The notes beneath the pieces are model-generated. The model ran no database searches. It saw nothing but the letters and a program-made list of their open reading frames with translations, and was not told where the DNA came from. This document shows, one piece after another, positions 55,233-64,000 of a stretch of 64,000 bases of DNA (the first letter of the stretch is position 1; each line of letters starts with the position of its first letter). The position numbers and the translations under genes were made by a program. The stretch spans positions 32,001 through 96,000 of the forward strand of contig CAWCFT010000001.1 of the NCBI GenBank assembly GCA_963794945.1. Direction: 5' to 3'. This DNA comes from Endomicrobiales bacterium (GTDB lineage Bacteria > Elusimicrobiota > Endomicrobiia > Endomicrobiales > CAWCFT01).

Positions 55233-56266
55233 TCAAACGCTTTTAACAAGCCTTATTTTGGAAGGCTTGAATACGCCTTTTTCAGTAATTATCGCTGTTA
55301 TATTTTTTGCCGGTGTAACGTCAAAACCCGGATGCTTTGCTATTGTGCCTTCCGGGGCTATACATTTATTATTTAGATATAAGACCTCGTCTCCCGAACG
55401 TTCTTCGATGGCTATCTTTTCCCCGTTCGGAGTACTTTGGTCAACTGTTGAAACAGGCGCGGCTATATAGAAAGGGATTTTGTGGTACCTGGCAAGTATC
55501 GAAAGTGAGTAAGTGCCGATTTTGTTTGCTGTGTCTCCGTTGGCGGCTATGCGGTCGGCCCCGACTATGACCGCGTTTATTTTCCCTGTCTTCATGAAAT
55601 GGCCCGCCATGCTGTCCGTTATAAGGACATGCGGTATCTTTTCCTGCTTAAGCTCCCATGCCGTGAGCCGTGAGCCCTGAAGGTACGGCCTGGTCTCATC
55701 AACGTAGACGAGATTTATTTTTTTATGTTCGTGCGCCGAGCGTACGACACCGAGTGCCGTACCGTAGCCGGCGGTCGCCAGGGCTCCGGCGTTACAGTGC
55801 GTTAGAATCACAGAATGTTTCTTTAACAGTTTTTCGCCGTTCGAACCGATCTTTTTATTTATGGCTATATCATCCCGCAATATTTTCAGTGCTTCTTTTT
55901 CAAGAGCCTCGCATAGCGCTTTAACCCCGCGGTTCTTGTTTTTCTCTATAACCGCTTCCATCCTATTGAGCCCCCAGAAAAGATTAACAGCTGTGGGCCG
56001 CGTTAACAAGAGTTCCTTCCGCGCGGCCTCTAGGTGCCTGACCGTTCTTGGCACATCGGTTCCTTTTATTTCCCTGCATGCAAGCGCCATTCCAAAAGCG
56101 CCGCCACGCCAATAGCCGGAGCTCCGCGTATAGACATATCCCTTATGGCCTTTGATACATCCTTATACTTACGGCAGGGAATGTATTTGATCTTCGCCGG
56201 CAGAAGTAGCTGGTTGAGAATATAGAGTTTAGATTTTTTCCAGTAAAGGGTGTCTTTTCTCTTCAT
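55233..56266 (-). CDS. mtnA: Methylthioribose-1-phosphate isomerase (frameshift ~56100)
   Basis: IRGAPAIG, RPTAVNL, THCNAGALAT, ETRPYLQGSRLT and GADRIAANGDTANKIGTY. Confidence 0.93.
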
Positions 56267-56400
56267 AAAATTAGATCAAATATTAAATATCAAAAATCAA
56301 AATTAATGTGCCGCTTGCGCGGTCTATTTAAATTGTCCGCGTAAGCGGACACTACATTTTTGATTTTTGATATTTTATTTTTGATTTACCCGGATAGATA

Positions 56401-56664
56401 TCAAGGTATGGTTTCAAGTACTTCATCGAGTTCTTCTTCACTGCGCCCGCAGATCTCGATCGTTTTTTCCCTTCCGCGCTCGCCCTTACGAAGAAAGACC
56501 ATATTGCGCCTTACTTCAAAGAATTCGGCAAGGAAATAGCACAGCTCTTCGTTGGCCTTACCTTCAATTGCCGGGGCTGAAACCTTCACACGGAGTATTG
56601 ACCCGATCCTGCTTACTACCTCGTTCCTTTTTGCGTTCGGTATTACTCGGACTTTGATCATCAT
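56401..56664 (-). CDS. DUF167/YggU-family protein
   Basis: VRVIPNAK, APAIEGKANEEL and G...REK. Confidence 0.85.
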   Translation of the reverse strand: MMIKVRVIPNAKRNEVVSRIGSILRVKVSAPAIEGKANEELCYFLAEFFEVRRNMVFLRKGERGREKTIEICGRSEEELDEVLETIP

Positions 56665-56694
56665 AAAACCTAGCCCTCCTTTGAGGGTGTTCAG

Positions 56695-57510
56695 TTATTT
56701 CGAAAGCTCGCCCGCTCTTTTTTTTGCCTGCTTTACTGCCTCTATGAAAATCTTTGAAAAATGTTTTTGTTCAAGGTATTTGATGGCCGCTTCAGTGGTG
56801 CCCCCCGGCGAGGTCACGTTCTTCCTCATTTGCGACGCCGGGATATCCTTCTCCCTGAGCATCTTCCCTGCGCCGAATACGGTTTGGCGGGCGAGATTAT
56901 CGGACATATCTCCCGGCAGACCCATTTCGATACCCGCGCTTTTCAGCATTTCGGCAAGATAAAATACATAGGCCGGGCCGGACCCCGAGAGCGCGGTTAC
57001 GGCATTAATATTTTTTTCGGGCACTTCCACAACCACACCCGAAGCCGAGAATATCTTTTTAACGGTTTCTGCGTGAGATTTTTTTGCGTTCCGGCCACGG
57101 CACACACCGGCCGCGCCTTCGCCGGCAAGCAACGGCAGGTTGGGCATGACCCGGACTACAGCAACGCCGCGGGAAACCGATCTTTCAATAAAGTTTGTCG
57201 TAAGCCCTGCCGCGATGGTAACTACGAGCTGTGAAGGCTTTATAATGTGCCCTATCTCGCGCAACAGTTCTTCCATCGACTGCGGCTTTACGCTCAGGAA
57301 TATAATATTTGCTGCTTTTACCGCTGAAACGTTGCCGGCAGCAGCTTTGATACCAAATTTTTTATGGAGATAGTTGAGGCGGTCTTTCCGTACGTCAGAG
57401 GCCATTACGTTATTCGGCGCGGTAAGCTTGCTTTTTACGATGCCTGCGATTATGGCTTCCGCCATGTTGCCCGCGCCCAGAAAAGCTATCTTTTTGTTCA
57501 TTGTAGCCAT
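56695..57510 (-). CDS. proC: Pyrroline-5-carboxylate reductase
   Basis: GAGNMA, VKPQ, RVMPN, SGSGPAY and VTSPGGTT. Confidence 0.96.
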   Translation of the reverse strand: MATMNKKIAFLGAGNMAEAIIAGIVKSKLTAPNNVMASDVRKDRLNYLHKKFGIKAAAGNVSAVKAANIIFLSVKPQSMEELLREIGHIIKPSQLVVTIAAGLTTNFIERSVSRGVAVVRVMPNLPLLAGEGAAGVCRGRNAKKSHAETVKKIFSASGVVVEVPEKNINAVTALSGSGPAYVFYLAEMLKSAGIEMGLPGDMSDNLARQTVFGAGKMLREKDIPASQMRKNVTSPGGTTEAAIKYLEQKHFSKIFIEAVKQAKKRAGELSK

Positions 57511-57512
57511 AA

Positions 57513-58178
57513 TTATTTAAAAAGCGCAGTGCCAACCCTTATCATATTGGCGTGTTCTTCGATCGCGACCTCGAAATCGTCTGACATCCCCATGGAAAGC
57601 GTTGTCAGGCCCCTTCCTTTCAAGCTGTCAAATACCTCTCTGGCTTTCCTGAAGAATGGCCTCGCGAGTTCCGTGTCGTCAAAATATGGCGCCATGGCCA
57701 TTATACCCGTGATACAGATATTCTTGAGCTCTTTTGCGGTATTTAAAAAATTCTCGGCATTTTCAGGAGATAACCCGAATTTCGTTTCCTCTGGAGAAAC
57801 TTTAATCTCAAGGTAGCATTCCTGGATCTTCCCCATAGCGGAAGCGTGCCTGTTTATCTCGTGGGCGAGCTCGAACCTGTCAAGCGACTGAATAACGTCG
57901 AACAACTCAACCGCCTTTTTCGCCTTGTTCGTCTGAAGGTGCCCTATTAGATGCTTTGACACGCCCTTGAGAGCGAGCTTTGAGAATTTGGCGCAAGATT
58001 CCTGCACCTTGCTTTCGCCTATATCCCTGACGCCAAACTTCAATATATCGCGTATTTTATCATCGCTGACGGTCTTTGTGACCGCAACGAGCCTCACAGA
58101 AGCGGGATCAGCCCCCACGCGCCTGCAGGCAGAGATTATTCTTTCGTTAACAATTCTAAAATTTTCTTCAATCATCAA
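57513..58178 (-). CDS. yggS: PLP homeostasis protein YggS
   Basis: VAVTK, IGHLQTNK, LSMGMSDDF and RVGTALF. Confidence 0.93.
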   Translation of the reverse strand: MMIEENFRIVNERIISACRRVGADPASVRLVAVTKTVSDDKIRDILKFGVRDIGESKVQESCAKFSKLALKGVSKHLIGHLQTNKAKKAVELFDVIQSLDRFELAHEINRHASAMGKIQECYLEIKVSPEETKFGLSPENAENFLNTAKELKNICITGIMAMAPYFDDTELARPFFRKAREVFDSLKGRGLTTLSMGMSDDFEVAIEEHANMIRVGTALFK

Positions 58179-58214
58179 TAGTTTATTGAAAATAATTATA
58201 TCATATTTTTAAGG

Positions 58215-58254
58215 AAAAATAAAGCCCCCGGCTGCCTTTGGAGCATCCGGGGGC
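58215..58254 (-). terminator. Rho-independent terminator after groEL
   Basis: GCCCCCGG...CCGGGGGC stem followed on the minus strand by TTTATTTTT. Confidence 0.75.
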
Positions 58255-58367
58255 CATTATTAACAAACAAACTGCAAGTCAAATATCAAATATCAAAAAT
58301 ATAGTATCTTCAAACTCTTTTCTGGCAAATCCTTATTTTTGAATTTAGTTGTTTGACTTTTAAACTA

Positions 58368-60021
<1,654 letters not shown>

Positions 60022-60200
60022 TTAAATTCACCTCTCCTTAATGTCGCGTTCCGCTTATCGCGGAACTTATCCCGCATTGCGGGATTGTTCCGGCTATCGA
60101 CGCCGGAACGCTCCCGGAGGGAAACGTGGTTTCCCTTCCGCGCTCAGAAAAGCAGCTAAACTGCTTTTCATCGCTGAACCCTTCCATAATGACCATTTCC

Positions 60201-60491
60201 TTATTTCTCTACGACGCCGAGAATGTCTTCCTGGTGCATGATGAGATATTCAACATCTTCTATCTTGACTTCTGTCCCGGAGTATTTCCCGTAAAGGATC
60301 TTGTCTCCGACTTTGACGTCCATGGCGATAAGCTTTCCCTCATCGGTGGTCTTGCCTTTTCCCACGGCGATCACTTCACCTTCCTGCGGCTTCTCTTTAG
60401 CAGTGTCCGGAATGATAATGCCACCCTTTTTAACTTCCTTCTGCTCAAGGGCCTTTACTACTACTCTGTCTCCAAGCGGTCTAAGTTTCAT
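60201..60491 (-). CDS. groS: Co-chaperonin GroES
   Basis: [21 protein letters not shown] and KYSGTEVK. Confidence 0.97.
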   Translation of the reverse strand: MKLRPLGDRVVVKALEQKEVKKGGIIIPDTAKEKPQEGEVIAVGKGKTTDEGKLIAMDVKVGDKILYGKYSGTEVKIEDVEYLIMHQEDILGVVEK

Positions 60492-60544
60492 ACAACTTCA
60501 CCTCCGTTTTTATTTTTTGGACCCATTCTAAAGCGCTAAAGATA

Positions 60545-60571
60545 TTAGCACTCGTATTTGGTAAGTGCTAA
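60545..60571. promoter_or_regulatory. CIRCE operator (proximal) upstream of groES
   Basis: TTAGCACTC-N9-AAGTGCTAA. Confidence 0.93.
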
Positions 60572-60599
60572 TTATAACAAAAGCCAAAATTTCTGTCAA
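60571..60599 (-). promoter_or_regulatory. Consensus sigma70 promoter of groESL
   Basis: TTGACA-17 nt-TATAAT on the minus strand. Confidence 0.88.
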
Positions 60600-60608
60600 G
60601 GGGTTTGT

Positions 60609-60648
60609 AAAAAAAAGATTAGCACTCGCCAAAGGCGAATGCTAATCT
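60609..60648. promoter_or_regulatory. Second CIRCE-like site that also has the form of a terminator
   Basis: TTAGCACTC-GCCAAAGGC-GAATGCTAA at 60619-60645. On the minus strand it forms a ~15-bp stem followed by a U-run. Confidence 0.75.
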
Positions 60649-60679
60649 CAAAATTAATGCTACTTTCAGTCGGTAAATA

Positions 60680-61429
60680 TCAGAACCACACTCCGAGACC
60701 GACTGTTGCGTTGGTACTTCCTCCGGCCACCGCGGCGCCGAGCTGAATGTAAGTGAACGGTATCAGCGTCAGGTCAATTCCTGCTTCAATGCGCATTCCT
60801 GAAGCGCTGCCAGTCATGCCGTTGCTGATGACAGTTGCATCCGGGTTAACGTTAGTTGAGTCGTAGCCAACACCCGCATAAGGCGTAATGATCGGGAGAT
60901 GATTAAACGAAACCGTCGCGCTAACGCTGGAATTTGAAGCTTTGAATTTGTTGGCATTCGCCGCCACGTTCAGGTCCGTCATAACCGCCTGAACCGAAAC
61001 CGAAGGCATACCCGGAATGCTGGGCTTGAATATCCCGTACCGCAAGCCATATCCTGTCAATGTAGAGTTTAGATAGGATGTGTAACGTCCTATAAGATCC
61101 AGGTTTGCCGGCAGGCCTATCTCAACCTGCACGATTGGTAGAGCTACGCTGCTAATCCCTGCGCTTTTCACTATGGTATCATCATTATTGATCTGCTTTG
61201 TTGGCACATGTATACCTATATTAAAGCCCGGAAACCCCAGTGACTTGCCATCATTATAGGTTCCGCCGCCTAAAAGTGCCCCTAAATCCTTCGCAAAGCT
61301 GTCCAAAGCCGTTTGCGCAGCGGCCCCACCAGCCGATATTTGAGTCTTAAAATTGTCGAACGGGTCTGTAGCAAAAACCGGCGAAGTCAAAAATGCAACA
61401 AAGATAGTATAAATCAATGCTTTTTTCAT
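60680..61429 (-). CDS. Secreted protein, probable outer-membrane beta-barrel
   Basis: Signal peptide, amphipathic beta-strands (GYGLRYG, TPYAGVGY) and a terminal aromatic residue (GLGVWF). Confidence 0.6.
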   Translation of the reverse strand: MKKALIYTIFVAFLTSPVFATDPFDNFKTQISAGGAAAQTALDSFAKDLGALLGGGTYNDGKSLGFPGFNIGIHVPTKQINNDDTIVKSAGISSVALPIVQVEIGLPANLDLIGRYTSYLNSTLTGYGLRYGIFKPSIPGMPSVSVQAVMTDLNVAANANKFKASNSSVSATVSFNHLPIITPYAGVGYDSTNVNPDATVISNGMTGSASGMRIEAGIDLTLIPFTYIQLGAAVAGGSTNATVGLGVWF

Positions 61430-61512
61430 ATTTTTTCTCCATTTTTATTCATATACTTAAAGTTAACCTTTAATTAGATATCAACAGTGTTATGCACAGT
61501 ATCAACAGATAT

Positions 61513-62295
61513 TCAATTATTCCTATCCCAGATAATGCGAATCCCTTCAAGCGTCAACTCAGGGATAATGGCTTTCACCTCCCTTATTTCCGGGACTATT
61601 AACCCTGCCAGCCCCCCCGTAGCAATAACCACCGGTGTTCCGTTAATCTCTTTTTTCACGCGTTTCAATATCTCTTTTATTAGGCCAATATAGCCGAAAT
61701 AGAGCCCCGAACGCATTGCGCTTGCCGTAGATTTGCCTACCGCTTTATCAGGTTTTGCTATCTCGACAACCGGCAGCTTCGCTGTGTATTTGGCCAATGA
61801 ATCAGCTGAAATGCCTGGTCCCGGTGCGATCGCGCCACCCAAGTATTCGCCCTTTCTAGACACGCAATCGAAAGTTGTTGCCGTGCCAAAATCAAGCACA
61901 ATGACCGGCCCTCCATAAGTAGCGTAAGCCGCGACAGCATTCGCCACACGGTCGGCGCCTATCTCTTCAGGATTCTCGTATAGTATATCAATTTTCGGCA
62001 TAGAACTTCCAGTTAAAAAGAATGGTGTCTTGGAAAAATATTTCTTTCCCATCTTATCGAATGCGGCATCAACCGATGGCACAACACTGGCTATGGCTAT
62101 ACCTTTTATTTCATCTTTTTCTATTAAAGAATAATGAAGCAGGTCGAGTATCTTTGTCCCATACTCATCTTCTGTCATATTCCTGTTAGTGGCAAGTCGC
62201 CATATATTTACCGGGCCCTTAATAGGTTTGCCTCCCGAATACTTGAAAATTCCCAGTGTAATATTGGTGTTGCCGATATCGATAGCGAGTAGCAT
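61513..62295 (-). CDS. coaX: Type III pantothenate kinase
   Basis: AIDIGNTN, SVVP, GADR, DFGTATT, GGAIAPG and ATGG. Confidence 0.95.
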   Translation of the reverse strand: MLLAIDIGNTNITLGIFKYSGGKPIKGPVNIWRLATNRNMTEDEYGTKILDLLHYSLIEKDEIKGIAIASVVPSVDAAFDKMGKKYFSKTPFFLTGSSMPKIDILYENPEEIGADRVANAVAAYATYGGPVIVLDFGTATTFDCVSRKGEYLGGAIAPGPGISADSLAKYTAKLPVVEIAKPDKAVGKSTASAMRSGLYFGYIGLIKEILKRVKKEINGTPVVIATGGLAGLIVPEIREVKAIIPELTLEGIRIIWDRNN

Positions 62296-62301
62296 AGTTT
62301 A

Positions 62302-62839
62302 TTATCCCTTATCCCTGATATAAACATCTCCACCCTTGCTGTCGCACGCGACCAGAAGAGGAAGGTCAATGAGTTCTAATTTGAACACAGCCTCCGGCCC
62401 GAGTTCCGGAAATGCTATGATATCCGCCTTTCTTACCTTCTTGCTAAAAAGCGCCGCGAACGCCACCCGTCAGCCAGCAAAATAAACCGCTCCGTTCTCG
62501 CAAATTGCCTCTTTAACTTCCGCGGATCTCGGCCCTTTGCCTATCAGCGCCTTTACACCCCTTGAAAGAATAAGAGGCGTGTAAGGGTCCATCCTTGAAG
62601 ATGTCGTGGGGCCGCACGAACCGATAACATCACGCGGTTTCGCGGGGCACGGCCCGCAATAATAGATCACTGAATCTTTAAGGTCGAACGGCAGGTGTTT
62701 GCCTTTTTCGATGAGCTCAACCAGTCTCTTGTGCGCCAGCATCCCTTGCTGTATAAACCGTACCTGACAAGAGTACCCTCTCGCCTGCCTTAAGTTCAGC
62801 CGCTTTATTAATAAGGTCTTTTACGTTTAAATTTTTCAT
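62302..62839 (-). CDS. Fe-S hydro-lyase (fumarate hydratase class I) beta subunit, frameshifted
   Basis: AHKRL, YYCGP, GPTTSSRMD and IGKG; other frames supply LSGTVYT and ELGPEAV. Confidence 0.88.
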
Positions 62840-63683
62840 TATATTTTTTCAGTCTTTCTGCGTAGCGAATGGCACTGCATGGAAACCGCGACCGGCAGCG
62901 ACGCGATGTGGCAGGGAGCAAACTCAATGTTTACTCCCAACGCCGTTGTCATGCCACCTAGGCCCATTGGCCCCATGCCCAGCGCGTTTATATCATTTAA
63001 GAGCTCCCGCTCTTTTCCTTCGTAGAAAGTGTCTTGCGATGAGATGTTCAGTGGCCGGAGCAGGGCTTTTTTCGCAAGCAGCGCTACGCTTGCAAGCTGC
63101 GGCCTATACCCACGCCAACAACCAGTGGCGGGCAGGCATTAATACCCTTCTTCATTACTGTATCTATTACGAAATCCTTGACACCCTGCCAACCGGCCTG
63201 AGGTGTTAGCATCATAAGCGCGCTCGCGTTCTCAGTACCGCCGCCTTTGGGAAGTACCGTTATCTCTATCCCGTCACCGGCCACCGATTCGATATATATG
63301 TTAGCAGGAGTATTGTCACCCGTATTCTTTCTGTCTTCAAGGGGCTCGGCGACTACGGACTTCCTAAGGTAACCTTTCGTATAGCCTTCGGCCACTCCTT
63401 TGTTTACGGCGCCGGTCAGCGTTCCACCGGTTATCATGGCGGCCTGTCCAAGCTTTATAAAGATATCTGCGATGCCCGTGTCCTGGCAGAGAGCAAGCTC
63501 TTTCTGAGCAGCGAGCCGCGCGTTCTGGAGTATCTGGTCTAGTATGTCCCTCGCGGTCTCGGACCCCTCTTTTTGATACGCAGCCTCGACAGAGCGCAGA
63601 ACGTCTTCCGGCAGGAAGAAATTGGCCTGCCTGCACAGCATAGCAACTGTCTCGGTAATTTTCGAAGCCTGTATCTCTCTCAT
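62839..63683 (-). CDS. Fe-S hydro-lyase (fumarate hydratase class I) alpha subunit, frameshifted
   Basis: CQDTG, YLRKS, NTGDNTPA, PKGGG.EN and NACPP..VGVGIG; the downstream frame has G.GPMGLGG and PCHIASLPVAV. Confidence 0.9.
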
Positions 63684-63780
63684 ATGGTTAAAATTATTAA
63701 AGATTTAAAATTTGAAAATTTAAAATTAATGACATCTAATCTTAAAATCTTTTAATCTTAAATCTTTAATCGTCCTGGTC

Positions 63781-64000
63781 TTATCCGATCTTGCTTTTCT
63801 TAATGAAACCTTTCTTCATCATGTCCTGAGTAAGTGATCTTGAACGCAGAATTATCTTCTTGGCTTCTGTATATATCGTTGACGTGGACAGTTTCTTCCC
63901 AGCTATCTTTTCCTTAATGGCTTTAGTTCCCACTGCCGCGGCTACCCTCGGAAAAAGCTCCCAGTCGTCCATTGTGGGCAGTATCCTGTCGCGCCTGAGT
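63781..64000 (-). CDS. C-terminal end of a probable NAD(P)-dependent malic enzyme
   Basis: ILPTMDDWELFPRVAAAVG..AI resembles malic-enzyme C-termini, and the gene is adjacent to fumarate hydratase. Only a fragment is visible. Confidence 0.65.
   Translation of the reverse strand, partial: LRRDRILPTMDDWELFPRVAAAVGTKAIKEKIAGKKLSTSTIYTEAKKIILRSRSLTQDMMKKGFIKKSKIG

Overview
A 64-kb bacterial chromosomal segment. Every credible gene lies on the minus strand except one PilZ gene. Many genes are broken by single-base frameshifts, including the essential dnaG, dnaK and groEL, which points to uncorrected long-read indel errors rather than true pseudogenes. The housekeeping backbone in transcription order is: malic enzyme, fumarate hydratase alpha/beta, coaX, a predicted outer-membrane protein, groES-groEL, yggS-proC-yggU-mtnA-lepB, nfeD-SPFH-hemW, hrcA-grpE-dnaK-dnaJ-rsmE-mtaB, hit-rpsU-NIF3-like-dnaG-rpoD. 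Two ~19-kb accessory blocks interrupt this backbone. Block 1 lies between mtaB and hit. It holds a ~16.5-kb gene for a ~5,500-aa Ser/Thr-rich surface protein (beta-helix-like head, about 46 FN3-like repeats, DxxGDG motifs, T9SS/FlgD-Ig-like C-terminal domain). That gene is translationally coupled to a PorV/FadL-like barrel fused to three FN3 domains, an OmpA domain and a CsgG-like domain. This pair is the best candidate for an undescribed secretion/anchoring system. Block 2 lies between hemW and hrcA. It is a glycan-modification cluster (GT2, two GT4, a GT-C, a nucleotidyltransferase, four radical SAM enzymes, PilZ). The cluster is itself interrupted by an orphan ParB gene and an AT-rich pair, a membrane KAP NTPase plus a HEPN-like protein, which may be a defence module. 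Gene junctions carry three families of palindromic repeats, one copy of which is read in frame. Three CIRCE operators and several near-consensus sigma70 promoters are visible. The domain style suggests Elusimicrobiota, but that is inference. All family calls come from motif recognition by eye; no searches were run.
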